The notes: generated from the sequence alone by a model not told the origin. Positions 1 to 13,915 are shown, counted from the stretch's first letter. The stretch: 64,000 nt of DNA from Eledone cirrhosa (GCA_964016885.1 OZ024742.1:84382001-84446000); one strand, 5' to 3'. Numbers and translations are program-made.

Positions 1-1079
1 TTGAGGACGATATCTCTCGATCCAGGCTTATCGTCCATCAACACAGCAACATCACGAAATCTTTCAGGGGCATTATATCGCCGTTCGTGTTGATTCCTTG
101 GCACTGCGTCACCCTTAATCACCAATGTTTGCTGCTGAACATTTTGCAGTTCAGCCACCAACATAAAATCCATAACATAAGGATTACACTGTCTAAGCCA
201 TGATTGCAAATCACGGATCAAATCAGTTAACCTTTGCCGTTCAAATTCAGTTATATTTCCCGGCAACTTCATCCAACCGATATCTGGATCGTTAACGTAA
301 ATTTGAGCGAATTGAGGCGAATTGAGTAACTTCTAAATTACCGATACAATGATACAAACGGCCTTGAATGACTACATTCGGTTGCCCTGCTCCACTCTCA
401 AACATCTCACTAATTCTCTGCGGTGCTAAGGTTAATGAATTGTTAATTTGCCGCGAATATTTGCGCAGTAATCTAACTCGGTCTCCTTGATCACCCCACA
501 TACTTAGTATTTTAAACTCCGGGACTCCTCATCATACGGCTTTCGCAAGGGTTCTAGTTGACCTTTATGACAGCACATTGTGGTCCACGTCTTTTCGTGC
601 CTCCAAAGCAATTGCTCCACAATGTGGACACTCTGATCGTCCACCAATCTGAAAGTGACACGGTTGCCATGATCCATTTTTAATATCATCCGTTCGCCTT
701 CTAGCCTCTTTACTGGAATGAGGAGCACTTTGGCGACACATTCTCTGAACTTCTGTATTGCGCTGGCGCTGTTCACCAGCTCCTCTTCATCCATGGCAGC
801 ACGCCGTTGCTGCTGAATTCCGGCCATCTGCTGATGATGCTCAGCCAGTTTGTCTTCAACCATCGCAGCACGCCGTCGCTGCTTGGCTCTAGTGTTTCGT
901 TGGCGTTGTTCAGTCATCTCCTCTTCATTAATGGCGGCACGTCTTCGCGTCTGAAGTTCGGCCTTCTGATGGCGCTGTTCGGCCTGTTTTTCTTCATTGC
1001 TGGATGCACGCCGTCGCCGCTGTAGTTCACTGTTTGATAAAGTCGAATTGCTTTTATTATCACTATTCATTTCGAGCAA
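1..1079 (-). pseudogene. Helitron Rep/helicase N-terminal region, frameshifted
   Basis: Charged QRRRAA..EE repeats, then MCCHKG, LLRKYSRQINNSLTLA, VVIQGRLYHCIG. Positions 290->1 translate LQSWLRQCNPYV...ERRYNAP..DVAVL...RDIVL, typical Helitron_like_N-region motifs. Confidence 0.85.
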
Positions 1080-1096
1080 TTGTCAAAAAATAACGC

Positions 1097-1730
1097 AATA
1101 ATAAATATAAAAGATGTCCGTCAATGTAAAGAAAGGTCCCTATTTACCCCCTTCACAACTCTGTGTATGTTATACTGACATACAGGCACACATACAGATC
1201 AACTGAGTGGCGATTATACGCATGGAAACGCGCATACGCACACACTCACACATGTTGATAGTTTTTATTTTCTGTGGAACGCTGCATGCACGCACACACA
1301 CATAAACATACGCGCACGTACATACACACGCACACATGTTAACAGTTATTGCTTTCCTTCCCCTCTTATTTCTACACACATCACACACACACACGTCTCT
1401 ACACTGACACATATACATAGTGTATAAAAAATGACACAATAATAAATATAAAACATGTCCGTCAATGTAAAGAAAGGTCCCTATTTACTCCCTTCACAAC
1501 TCTGTGTATGTTAGACTGACATACAGGCACACAGACAGATAAACCGCGTGGCGATTGTTGAACGCCACACACATACACGCATGGAAACGCGCACACGAAC
1601 GCAAACTTACACACGCACACACTCACACATGTTGTAGTTTCTTACTTTCTGTGGAACGCTGCACGCACGCACACACACATAAACATACGCGCACGTACAT
1701 ACACACGCACACATGTTAATAGTTATTGAA
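1097..1730. repeat. Imperfect tandem duplication (~340 bp unit) in Helitron 5' non-coding region
   Basis: aataataaatataaaa.atgtccgtcaatgtaaagaaaggtccctattta recurs at ~1098 and ~1438, with continued similarity downstream. Confidence 0.85.
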
Positions 1731-3001
1731 CACAGCATTCACACTCTCCCCTCTCACTCCCTCATTGGCATTATGCATATTAATTTAAGTTTGGCGTTGT
1801 AGAGTTGGGCGAAATCGTTTGAAACTTATGAACCAATGATAATCGAGAATTATGACACAGAATACTGTCATTGTTCAAATTAATATATAGATAAGTTCAT
1901 GACAGTTAAAAGAGTTACTGTAAAAAAGACATTTGGAAATGTGCTGAACAATTCATAACTAGGAAACTTATAATTTCAGTGATGCGGCGTCATAGAAGGA
2001 TCTTGGTTTCATTGTGGGTGTTTTGCAAGAAAGCATTTGTTTCAGATACTATAATCAAAAACATATACAGCTCCATTTCATTCAAAGGAAATACTGTTAC
2101 GTTAAATATATGCATTGACTTCATTGTGTCTTTAGTAATATCCTTGAGCCACTAAGTAATCCTTGAGCCACTCAGCTATGTTCTAAAGGGTTAAGATACT
2201 GAGGGATTGAGTCAAAATATAAGAATACATAACGCCGATTGCTAAACTTCAGTCTGCAAGCAGAGAAATGAAAATGTGCTGTACTTTTCTGTAATTGAAA
2301 ATGTAACTAGGGTTTCGTATTTATCTAAATATTCCCACGATACAGCTCTGTTTCTTAGTTAAAAGCCATTTTAGTTTTGCCGTGTAGCAAAACTTAAAAT
2401 AACTAAAATAAGAAACCTATACATATGCATATACGTCGATGCATGTATATATACACAACAACAAAGGCATTCATTTCTTCTTTTTTCTTTTTAACATATA
2501 CCCGTCTGTGAGCTATAGGAATAGAAACCATATTCCAAATTAAGCTTATTATGAGCAGATCTCTTGGAAGGCAATCATCACTATATTGATTCAACAACAG
2601 AACCTCCTAACTGTTTTACAGCTTCCCATCATTCGCCTTTATTCTTTATCCATTTTTAAATTATTTCATTTTATCTTATTTATTTTTTAAATTTAAATTT
2701 TCTTTTTTATATTCAGTTGTCTCTGTATATCTTGTTTGTTTTTATTTCTCAACAGTAAGAAGTACCAGACACTTCCCCTAGTCTGTCATGACTTATTAGC
2801 TCTATACGGACGTTAAATTGATTAAATACAAAAAGAAATATATTTTCATGAAAATAACTAATGTTTGTAGTTTATAGTTGTGTGAACTGATTTCATTTAT
2901 TTCACTAATGGGTGGTTTATTACGTACGATATCCGAAACAATATCAGAACATAGAAAGCGACGATTAATTACTATAATATATTATGTCCGTTAAATTACT
3001 T

Positions 3002-3064
3002 GTTTCTACTTTAGGCACAAGGCCAGCAATTACCCAGTGCATTACTGGTACTTTATTTTATCGG
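3002..3064 (-). mobile_element. tRNA-derived SINE, 3' fragment
   Basis: gtttctactttaggcacaaggccagcaattacccagtgcattactggtac, identical to the end of the copy at 33684. Confidence 0.8.
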
Positions 3065-3858
3065 TTAAATTACTGTTGTCTTATCTTATCCTTAATACAA
3101 TGGCAGGGATATTTATCATTATTTTATGTTTTGGTTAATATTTATGTGAAATCACTATTTATAATCAATAACTCATGTTTGTATTTTGTAGTTTCAACTC
3201 TTCATGTGTATTCCGAAGGATGTGCAATCGAAATTCGTCAAGTTGAATGCGACGTATGACAAGCCTGCAACCGTTGACACCACACAGCAATCACAATATT
3301 AGTACCATTTTAATAATGTTAATGCTAATACTTCACCAGATAATGCAACAGCTGATGTAATACTGTAACATAAAATTCTAACGAAAGAAATGCTAGTGCA
3401 GTAACAATTTTAGATGTAGAAAATTCCGAGAGTAATCAATTTAAACGAAGGAATGATACTACTATAATCATTTTAACTAAGGGACTCAAAACAGTGTTGA
3501 TAGTTTAACAATAGAACTGATGACAACCGCCATGATTTTACATAAATGCTAATATAGCAGCCATTTTGAACCCCATTTAAGAAATGTTTTGTATAAAATA
3601 GAATTGTTGTCGATATTTTTATAATTCATTTAAAATAAAAAATTCAGCAGCACTTTGCTTCCCTGCTAATGATAAATTTTGTATTATTAAAGTTACACAA
3701 CAACTGATATATTTAATGTAGAATAAAACAGACAACAGTGTCTTCGGAATTAATTGTGTTTTGTTTTTAAATATTCATTTTGTATTATTCGAATTGCATA
3801 TAAACTTATGAACACACATATCACATACAAGCCTACAAATAAACACACACATATATAT

Positions 3859-4815
3859 ACTAGACATGAAAAATGCGCAAGCTCAAAAGTGCCACAGAAT
3901 GTTATAATAAACCTTCAAAAGTGTGGGACTAGAGTTGTTGCTAAAAAATATTGTAATCATTATATATCGTACATTCTGTGGCATCCTTTATAAAAATAGC
4001 TTAAACCAACGAAGCCTTTATTTTTACGCTATTTCACTTAGTTAATTCTTAGAGTGTAACATATAAAAATATCATTTACAACTATAAAATAAATTAATTA
4101 ATATAATAACAGAGCTGCGGAGCTGAAATTTAGGAAATAATGGAGTATCGGATCCTGAGTTGGAGCCAGTCAATTTTTGGCCGACTCCGCAGCCCTGTAT
4201 AATACATTTCATATTAAAGTTATTAATAAACCTATTTTACACTTCATGCAAATTACCACGAGATATTGATATTAGATATAAGATACAGCGCAATATCTAC
4301 AGCTGTAAAAGTACGAAAGCGAAGTAATAATAAGTGGCTTAAGGTAATTCCAATATGAAAGTTTGTAGTGATAAAAATTTGATAATGCAATACGATTATT
4401 AATATTATAGTTCTATGAAAATGTAACAATAGATAACTAAATTATTTTACTATTAGTATATTTAAGAAATTATCATTATAGATTTGATCGTTCATATAAG
4501 CATCATATTAAGTTTCAACACAATTATTTTGTTACTATGAGTATATGATAATAATATTACGTAATTATTTATAGCTGTTATTACATTAAACATAGATGTA
4601 TTTATTTTTATATGTTACACTCTAAGAATTAACTAAGTGAAATAGCGTAAAAATAAAGGCTTCGTTGGTTTAAGCTATTTTTATAAAGGATGCCACAGAA
4701 TGTACGATATATAATGATTACAATATTTTTTAGCAACAACTCTAGTCCCACACTTTTGAAGGTTTATTATAACATTCTGTGGCACTTTTGAGCTTGCGCA
4801 TTTTTCATGTCTAGT
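3859..4815. mobile_element. Foldback/MITE-like element with ~213-bp terminal inverted repeats
   Basis: 3859-4071 is an apparently perfect reverse complement of 4603-4815 (ACTAGACATG...CATGTCTAGT). The spacer is AT-rich with no ORF. Confidence 0.8.
4110..4197. mobile_element. Small hAT-type MITE nested in the foldback element
   Basis: TIRs CAGAGCTGCGGAG / CTCCGCAGCCCTG; 8-bp TSD tataataa / tataatac. Confidence 0.75.
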
Positions 4816-5372
4816 TTAATATTTTTTTAAGGCAACGCTTGTAATAACTCTAGTTAAACAGGATATATATTAATAATAAATTATCGTTGTAATGTAATTA
4901 GATTATGTAATTGTTATTATAAATTATCTTATAAATATTAGTGTAAGATGTATAAAAATATTTTCAGACTTTTAATATAAACAACTACAAAAAACAATCA
5001 ATATTAAATCAATATATTATACATAATAGAAAACATAAAATATACAATACAAAAACAAAATATTTACATACAATTGCAATTATCAGTGTATATACATTTT
5101 CTTTATATTCCCTGAGCAAATTAATAAGATTTGTTTTTATTGTACATAATTTGATGACTTGTTGGAGTGTATTAAAAGATAGCAACAATTTGTGATTAAA
5201 TTGTTATCTTAAGCAACTCACTTTTTAATAGTTGTTGGCTGAGCGAAATTGTAAAAGCCTATGAGCAAATATAAAAAAAAATACACAAACAACATTTCCT
5301 TGTGTTATTACAACATTAGATAAAATAATTGAGCAATATCGTTATATTTTGCTCTTATTGCACATTAATAGT

Positions 5373-5535
5373 GTTTCTATTTTTCGGCACAAATCCATTA
5401 CGGCAGTCCATTACTGGTACTTTATTTTATCGAATTAGTAAGTATGAAAGTCGAAGTTAACCTCGGCAGGATTTGAACTTAGAATGCAAAGGACCATAAC
5501 AATACTGCAAAGCATGGTGTCTGACGCTCTACCAA
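5373..5535 (-). mobile_element. tRNA-derived SINE, diverged
   Basis: Contains attactggtactttattttatcg...gttaacctcggcaggatttgaact (B box on minus strand). Confidence 0.75.
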
Positions 5536-5932
5536 TACTTGTGTTGAGCTGGTCATTAATTTATGGTGGTCGTGCGTGGAGTAGAGCAATCGCTAGTTGA
5601 AATATTATGAACAAAACATTTTTATTTGCCGAAGAACATATTTTCAATACTGTTTGTGAATGTGACGAAGGAAATACATTCTGATATGGAACAGTGTACA
5701 AAGTGTGTCTGTGAATAACATAATGTTACCTCATGTTGTTGTCAAGGCATAATGGATTTCGTATATCCAGTTAGAAGATGAAACCTAGCCATCTCGGATT
5801 AGTTATATTTCATGCCATGTGTAAACGTGTTTGAGGATAGCAAAATATGCGCGTTAATTATAATAATTAGTTAATAATATTACAAAATATACCTAATTAA
5901 ACTCTTTGCTTGAAATTTTATCATTCTTCGTT

Positions 5933-5971
<39 letters not shown>

Positions 5972-6344
5972 GGAGAGAGATTTATCTAGTCCTTCGCTCA
6001 AGATTAATCTATAAGTTTAGATGTTTGCCTTCGTTTAAGTAAATATTACAGTAAGATTTTTAATATAAACAACTACAAAAAACAATTAATATTAAAACGA
6101 AAAAATTATCAATGATAAAAGAAGCGGATGCAACTTTTTTTTTTATAAAGTTATATTCCTGTTTCTTTAAAGAACATTTCATTTTTGTTCTATTGTAGGC
6201 GAAATAATGCAATGGTTTAATAGGGAAGATATAACTTACGAATTATGTCTCTAACCGTGTAACGCTTTTTAAGTAGATAACTACAATTGAAAATACTAAA
6301 GAAATGGAACCAACAATTCAATTTGAAAGTCGTCTAGTGACAGT

Positions 6345-6393
6345 GTATTACTGGTACTTTATTTTATCGACCCCGTAACGATGAAAGGCAAAA
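6345..6393 (-). mobile_element. SINE central-domain fragment
   Basis: ttactggtactttattttatcgaccccgtaacgatgaaaggcaaa. Confidence 0.7.
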
Positions 6394-6595
6394 ATGCAAA
6401 TGCTTAAAATTTAAATTGCCTTAATTCTATCGTCTGCTGTTTTATTAAAGGGAGATTATCGTCTGTATTTAATTCTATCGTCTACTGTTCCACTAAACAG
6501 ATATACCTCCACTATCGTCTCTATTTATACATTTTAACTTATAACTTATACACATTTGATTTGAAATATTTTATCTAGTCCCCCCTCTCAATATT

Positions 6596-6640
6596 ATGAT
6601 GATTTCTTTCGAATGAAACAGTTCTAGTCCTGTAGAAACC
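6596..6640 (+). ncRNA. Degenerate hammerhead ribozyme remnant (family of 32824 copy)
   Basis: aTGATGA-TTTC tttc GAAT-GAAACAG ttctagtc CTGTA-GAAACC. C3 is mutated and the 5' strand of stem I is lost. Confidence 0.5.
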
Positions 6641-6751
6641 ATTTATATATATAATTGAACTGAGTTAAAAATTCACAATATTTATAATTAAATAAGCTCA
6701 TATATATATGTGTGTATTTATCTGTTTATTGTATTATATATAATGTGTGTA

Positions 6752-6790
6752 TATACAGGATGTCCCCCAAAAATATATACACACTTCAAC
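6752..6790 (+). mobile_element. Tc1/mariner-like terminal inverted repeat, single end
   Basis: TA|CAGGATGTCCCCCAAAAATATATACACACTT resembles TACAGGGTGTCC-type Tc1/mariner TIRs. The partner end was not seen. Confidence 0.4.
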
Positions 6791-8167
6791 AGCATTCTAA
6801 TAACTATTGCCTGTACAGGTAATCAAAGTGTCAATCGAATGTTAGTTTCGTGTTTTAACAGTACAAATTTACAATACACACATAAAACCAGTGTATATAC
6901 ATACATGAGTGTGTATACACATACATGAATGTGTATATACAATATATATGTATATATATATAGACACATATATTCACGGTGCAACGGTACATTAAAATAT
7001 AGATGCGGGAGAGGGGGGGGGGGTGTATATATAGGGGCGCTGGGGATAAAGGAGTGTAAAGCGTGTGTAATTGATATATTGAAGGAGAGGAGCGTGCAGC
7101 GATAGAGTAACAAATATATAGAGAGGGGGAGAGATGGTATTGAAGGGGAGGAGTGCAAAGCGAAAGAGTAAGAGATATATATAGAGACGGAACAGATAGA
7201 GAGAAACAGGCGTAAGTAACAGTGGAAGAGATATAGAGAGAGGTACTCTGATTGGTTGAAAATTAGCCAATGACATACGATCGCCACCACCACGGCTATC
7301 CCCGAAAAATTTTTTAAGAAGCTACGCATATATGTTAGAACACGAAAAGTGAACATTCTGTTGTTTCACACTTTTCGTGTTCTAACAGATAAGAGTTAGG
7401 TGTTCACTACGACATAAACTTATACATACATATATGTAAGGTTTGTATATCGAATAATATAGGATATGTTTACGTAGAAATATTTGAAAGCCTTCAGATA
7501 TGTATTTCAAAGGTAATGGCTGGTGCCATCCTACCTAGCTTCAGAAGGAGCAAAGGGGGGAAACAAACGGCAGCTGTTTCTGGCAATGGGGTTGTTGTCA
7601 AGAATACGCACGCCTATACTCGCCTCACACTGGAACTAACAAAACCCGCAAACATAGTCTTAACACATATCTATTTGGGCTGATTAGCCTCATTTCTATA
7701 TGCAACATTAGGCTGAAAGATGCCTGTGCTGTCTAAGTATTCCATTATATATGATAAGCAAAGAGACAGGTCATCAGGTCATCTTATGATTGCACAATTG
7801 TTATATATTGACATACTAAAGCATGAGACACAGATGACTGTCTTTTCAAATTGTTTATGGCGTATGGTTTCTATATTATTCTGGTATCCCGAGTTTCCAT
7901 ATGTTTTTTCCCTTGGACCAATTACTTACTGAGTATGTTACCAGGGTGGCACTGCTTTTGAGGAATTTCTTGAAGCATTGTATAGGCGTTTGTGATACCA
8001 TATAACACCCAACTACTGTTAAGTGATTGGCTTTATTTTGCACAGTAAATGATTCACAGTAGCCGCTGGTAAGTGTGTCAACGACAATTTCACCATTAAA
8101 TTGACTATATATTTCTGACCCGAAAATGTCTCCTACGAAATATTGGAAATCATTATTTTACTAAAAT

Positions 8168-8351
8168 CTGGTGGATTGGCAGTATCGTTAGAGAGTCGAG
8201 CACAATGCTTTGAAGCATAGAGTTACGTCCCCTTATGATCTGAGTTCAGATCCCGCCGAGGTTAACTTTGCCTTTCATCCTTACGGGGTCGATAAAATAA
8301 AGTACCAGTAATGTACTGGATAATTGCTGGCCTTGTGCCAAAAATAGAAAC
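8168..8351 (+). mobile_element. tRNA-derived SINE, full length
   Basis: A-box-like TGGCAGTATCG, B-box GAGTTCAGATC, central CCTTTCATCCTTACGGGGTCGATAAAATAAAGTACCAG, tail ...AGAAAC. Confidence 0.85.
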
Positions 8352-8856
8352 AATTATTTTACTAACATCTGTTGATTTATAGGCAACAATGAAAGTTCGT
8401 GATAATATTCCCCTGTCTCCCTTATCCTTCGTGGTTGCGTAGCTACACATTTCTGGCCTTTCTTAATCTGATGACTAACAGATATTATATTAATAAAGTA
8501 TGGAGGTTTGTTAAAAAAGTGTTGCGTTCTTAGCTTTGTTGGGTATACTTATCTTCTACAGACAATAAAATGAAATATATCGTTATTACATCAGATTTCC
8601 TGCTGGATATTCAGACGCAACTAACGAACAAAAATCAGACTGAAACGTCACACGTCAACAATAAGGGAAATTATACGATTAGTTTAATTTGGATTTATTT
8701 TATTCGTCAACATAGGGGATGTATGTATGAAAGATGTATGTATGAAGGACACGTAACTGCTACTTTAATCGCATTTAAAACCTGGTGGAGCACGTCCATA
8801 TATAAACCAAAATAGAGCCCATTTCATCTAAAGAAGAGAAAGAGAGACAGAGGGAA

Positions 8857-8919
<63 letters not shown>

Positions 8920-8982
8920 AACGAGAGGGAGAGACAGGAGCGTTAAACGAGGTTAGATTAAGATCAGATGAAGAATTGACAC

Positions 8983-9115
8983 CAATACTGGATAGGGATT
9001 TTTTTTATCGACCTAGAATAGATGAAAGTTCACTTCGGTGAGATTTGAACTCAGAGGGTTGAGAGCCGAAACATATAAGGCAAAGCATTTTACCCGTCGT
9101 ACCAACGAATTTGCC
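8983..9115 (-). mobile_element. tRNA-derived SINE, diverged
   Basis: ttttatcgacc...gatgaaag...gagatttgaactcag. Confidence 0.6.
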
Positions 9116-11862
9116 ATGGCATTATGGAAATAGTAACGAATGTATGAATCTGCCGTCTATATTAAATGTTAAATTATATTAAATCTCTTTTCATTCAATA
9201 ACTTTTTGAAATCCTAAGTAACAAATCTAATATATCGACCAGAAATCTATCTACCATACAGTTCCGCAATTTTCTAAAATTGTAATTCATGATTTAAAAC
9301 ACAGTAGTCGCCATCATCACCAACTCTGAGAATACTTCGTAATTCAAGCACATTCTTCACATATGGATGATCACACTGCATGATATATTTCAGCTGAGAG
9401 AAGAGAAATTGGAAGGCTGATTAGTAATTCAATTTATTCAAACCGGGGCTCTAATGACTACGTGTTCCTTGTGATGTATTAAAAATACATATATCTGCTA
9501 TCATATAGATTACGAATTCAAAAGGCCACTAAAGTAGAATACTGGTATCAGGATCTGGAATATAACATTATATCGGGAACAAATATCGAAATATTAGTAA
9601 TAGCTCGTAATATTCAATAACGAAGGGCATTTTATGGGTTATAACCGGTCGAAGTTAAAATAATTGCCACATTTAATTCCTTTGATGCAGTGCCAAATTG
9701 AAATCTGTTTCTTTCCGCTTTCCTTAAATATGCAATCGAGAATATGTTACAACATTAATTCCATTACCACACGTTAGAGTGTCGGAATTGATAAATGACT
9801 TCTTTTTAAAGGATATTTGATTAAATGTGACCCACACTTCTAATAATATATAAATGTGCAGATATTAAATTGAATCACAAAACATGGTTTCCATCAGTGA
9901 AAAGGAAACTAGATTCACACAAAAACATGTGTATATCATTTATGAGTTTCATATATGAAAATCGGTCATTTTACTGCCCACAGTTAACAAAGTATATACT
10001 TTCTTAACGGCATGCAAGTTAAGTCATCGTATTTATACGTTACACCTAAAATCATCACCATTCCTCGAACAATGGCACACCATGGAAACTTCTAACGCTA
10101 CCATATCAAGTAAATATTCAACTTTCTGAAGTTTCTGTTTATATTCTGAATATAACTAAACATAAAACTGAAGCGGATGGTATTTTTTCTTCACAATGGT
10201 GCATCAATTATTTACCAAAGTGCTACCATGTGATTGACGTTTCTCCGTACATAATTCATGAAATTATTAGATTATATTCTCAAATAAGATCATGTTTAAT
10301 TTCTCTGTTATTCGTAACACTCAGTCTAAACAGATTTAAACAATATTCATGATTTCGTATTTTGATCAACGTATTGATCTTCGGCATATAATAGTTTTAT
10401 CATCAGTTATAGATTTCACGATATTTGGGTATTCTTTGTGACTTTTCTAATTGGTTCAAATGATTTTTTTGATATATCTCAAATCTGATAGGATTATCAA
10501 TAGAAGACAACACTATTATTGTCGATCTTCTTGGGAAAAATCTACGTGAATTTATATCGCTTTTGATGGATTGCGGTGATCAAATCCCCCCTATATTCAC
10601 TGCCAGCACTTTGGTCTCACAGCCCTAATGCATCGTAGCAGTGAAAGTGACTGCTCATTATAGTGAACTATCGCGTACATAGTCTAGTCTCGCGTAATAT
10701 TCCATATTTAGGTACCCGAAACACAAAACCTATTTTTTTAGTCTACGTCTAGTGTGATTTGACTGACAAAGAACCCACTCACTCGGCACTGCTTTCAACA
10801 GCCGGGGGAATCCGACATTGAAGACTGAGAAAAGTTACGATGCTTATTCATGTCCATCACTTGAATCTATTTATACTGGGTCCTTTTTCATGCCTACTTA
10901 AATATTGAATTATTCTGGTACTAAATCATAGTTAAAGTATTAGTCACACTATGGGTGTTGCTTTGAGATATGAGGACAGATAAACAAAAATGTCTACACT
11001 TGATTTATCACATGAAAAATATTTTACACACACTCACACACACATACAAACACACACACACACGCACACACACAAATATATATATATATATATATAAGAT
11101 GCTGAGGTTACATACATCGTTTAATCTAAACCAAGGTTCTCAACTCATTTCGGCCCATCGAAATCACGACCCCCTCCCCCCTACCTTATTTTTCCATTTT
11201 CAGTATACTACTGATTTTGATATCAGTAGATTACTGGGCCAAATCAAATTATGTTAGAATCTTAAAAAAATACTCGTACGAATTAAATTCAAAAAAGTTT
11301 TAGAACAAAACAAAAGCAAACTATTTCAAATTATATATTTTTGAAAAATAGACGTGAATGTTCTCAAAGATATGATCTCAGTCGAAAAAGCTACTTTTTT
11401 TTGAAATTCTATATTTCCCTGTTAGCTGTTGTAATATTTTGAGTAGGTAGACAATTCTACAATTCAAACTATAAAGTCAAAATACAAAAGATGCAAAATA
11501 TGAAGAATTTCTTACCTTTCTCTGAAATCACAAACTCAGGGGGAAAATAGTACCTTGCAAAATAAAATACCTCGTAGCAAAATAAAATACTTAGTAGCAA
11601 CGAATGAATTGAGAAGCTTGGTGACAGTGAGAAAGAAATATCTGTATTCCTTATATATATACATAGATAGATACACACACACACATAAACGCGCACGCAC
11701 ACACACACGCAAATACACGCACACACATACACACACATATACATCCACACACACAAACTTCTGTGTGTGTGTGCCTTGGTTTTGGTACAGACAGAATTTT
11801 GTCTCCAGTTTTTATTGCCAGGTCAAAGGCCACTGCTCTTTTCAACAACGCCAAATAACAAC

Positions 11863-11986
<124 letters not shown>

Positions 11987-12000
11987 CGTAAAATAAGAAA

Positions 12001-12050
<50 letters not shown>

Positions 12051-12059
<9 letters not shown>

Positions 12060-12758
12060 CGTAAAATAAGAAAATTATAAAATTAACTTACTTACTAAAA
12101 TTTCACTCCCAACTAATTAGTTTCTGAAATGGAATAAATATACTTTCCGAAGAAAATATAGAGAAGCATTTCGTCGTCAGGGGAGACTATTCTCAGCTAA
12201 GTATTCAGGCAAAGCGTGGACTCTGGAAACTTATACACAAATAATTCAGTGGATAGAAAATAGCAAAGCGTGGACTGAATTCCTAGCCATTGAGAAAATC
12301 ACTGCCTCTGCGTCGGTGGCAAATTCAAAAAGAATCAATCACGTGACATCGAGGTCAATCAGTGGAAAGTGGTTTGTTAATAAGACAGCGGCCTGCCTGC
12401 TACCATAGCAGCAGTCTTGGCCAATATTGCTCGACAAATAATTTGGAGATAATTATAAAGAATTAATATCTAGTAACATATATATACATACAGATGCATA
12501 TCAATGCTAGCAAATATATAGGTTTTGTCTTAGTAACCTTGTGGTTCAATGCATGGGGTTGCAGAACAATAATATGAGAGACGTAAAATAAGAAAATTAT
12601 AAAATTAACTTACTTACTAAAATATCACTCCCAACTAATTAGTTTCTGAAATGGAATAAATATACTTTCCGAAGAAAATATATAGAAGCATTTCGTCGTC
12701 AGGGAAGACTATTCTCAGCTAAGTATCCAGGCAAAGCGTGGACTCTGCAAACTTATAC
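12051..12758. repeat. ~185-bp direct repeats (12051-12236, 12572-12758) flanking ~335 bp, next to (TA)n
   Basis: atgagagacgtaaaataagaaaattataaaattaacttacttactaaaat...gcgtggactctg.aaacttatac occurs twice, with a third partial start at ~11979. Confidence 0.85.
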
Positions 12759-12852
12759 ATACATATATGTATATATGTATATAAATGAAGAGAGAAAGAG
12801 GGAGGGACAGAGAGAGTAAGAAATGTGTGTGTGTGTGTGTGTTTGGTACGCG

Positions 12853-12891
<39 letters not shown>

Positions 12892-12986
12892 CCAACAGGG
12901 GCTTCAAACATGCGGCCCGCAAACTACTTTTCTGTGGCCCGTGGCAGAACCACTATTTCATATTGCATTATAACTGGTGAAAATAA

Positions 12987-13198
12987 GGCGGTGAGCTGGG
13001 GGAATCGTTAGCACATCTGGCGAAATGCTTAACGGTACTTCGTCCGTTTTTACGTTCTGTTTTCAAATTCCGCCGATCTCAACTTTGCCTTTCATCCTTT
13101 TGGGGGCAATGAATTAAGTACCAGTTGTGTACTAGGATCGATCTAATCGACTGAATCCTAAACCCCAAATTTCATGCCTTGTTCCTATAGTAGAAATG
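12987..13198 (+). mobile_element. tRNA-derived SINE, related subfamily with longer tail
   Basis: GGCGGTGAGCTGG head, ctttgcctttcatccttttgggg core; 18-bp TSD attataactggtgaaaat / attataactgatgaaaat. Confidence 0.85.
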
Positions 13199-13483
13199 AT
13201 TATAACTGATGAAAATCTTCACCCACCACCTCATTTGGCCCACTCTGCCTCTCCTCCAGGACTGAACCCAGAAATATGTGGTCGGGAAGCAAGCTTCTTG
13301 TCCCACTGCGCATATATATATATAAATATATATATATGTGTGTGTGTGTGTGTAATATATATATTATATATATACACACACACACACACACATATATATA
13401 TACCCTTACACACTTAAATATAAATGCATATATACAAATGTATAAATGCATAGCTATATACATACGTAAATGTATGTATGTAG

Positions 13484-13535
<52 letters not shown>

Positions 13536-13543
13536 GTATGTAG

Positions 13544-13617
<74 letters not shown>

Positions 13618-13620
<3 letters not shown>

Positions 13621-13793
13621 TATTATAAAGAAAACGAAAAATCAGTGATGCATCTGGACTTAATTTATTGCGTGTTACAATTGTTTCTCCGGCAGGTAGC
13701 TCGAGACGTGATCCTTGTATGGAGAAACAATTGTAACACGCATTAAATTAAGTCAAGATGCATCACTGATTTTTCGTTTTCTTTATAATATCT
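13618..13793. repeat. Hairpin: 73-bp inverted arms, 30-nt spacer
   Basis: 13618-13690 vs 13721-13793 are reverse complements with 2 mismatches. Confidence 0.9.
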
Positions 13794-13869
13794 GCACTCT
13801 ATTCTGATGAATATCGAGTGTTGATTTTGGCATATTGCCCATGGAAGCACCTTAGCTACCACTATACAC

Positions 13870-13915
<46 letters not shown>

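Larger units (their letters stand above)
1..1891 (-). mobile_element. Helitron, 5' portion (continues beyond window start)
   Basis: The minus strand starts A|TCTATATATTAA at 1891, matching the Helitron 5'-TC rule with insertion after A. The downstream frameshifted coding region has Helitron Rep N-terminal motifs. Confidence 0.85.

Noticed and set aside
8046-8074. Micro-exon-like ttgcacag|...|gtaagt
   Set aside because: Splice-like motifs occur by chance; no supporting gene context.
8168-8260. tRNA gene
   Set aside because: A/B boxes belong to multi-copy SINE heads; no complete cloverleaf.
9275-9393. Minus-strand acceptor tttctcttctctcag followed by a 39-codon open frame
   Set aside because: Short with no recognisable motif; cannot be supported without transcripts.
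11518-11640. Possible minus-strand exon ending at AAG|GTAAGA with hydrophobic translation
   Set aside because: No recognisable homology, no clear acceptor, and no linked exons.
13800-13860. CTGATGA followed by a short stem, as a hammerhead
   Set aside because: No GAAA/stem III/stem I closure.
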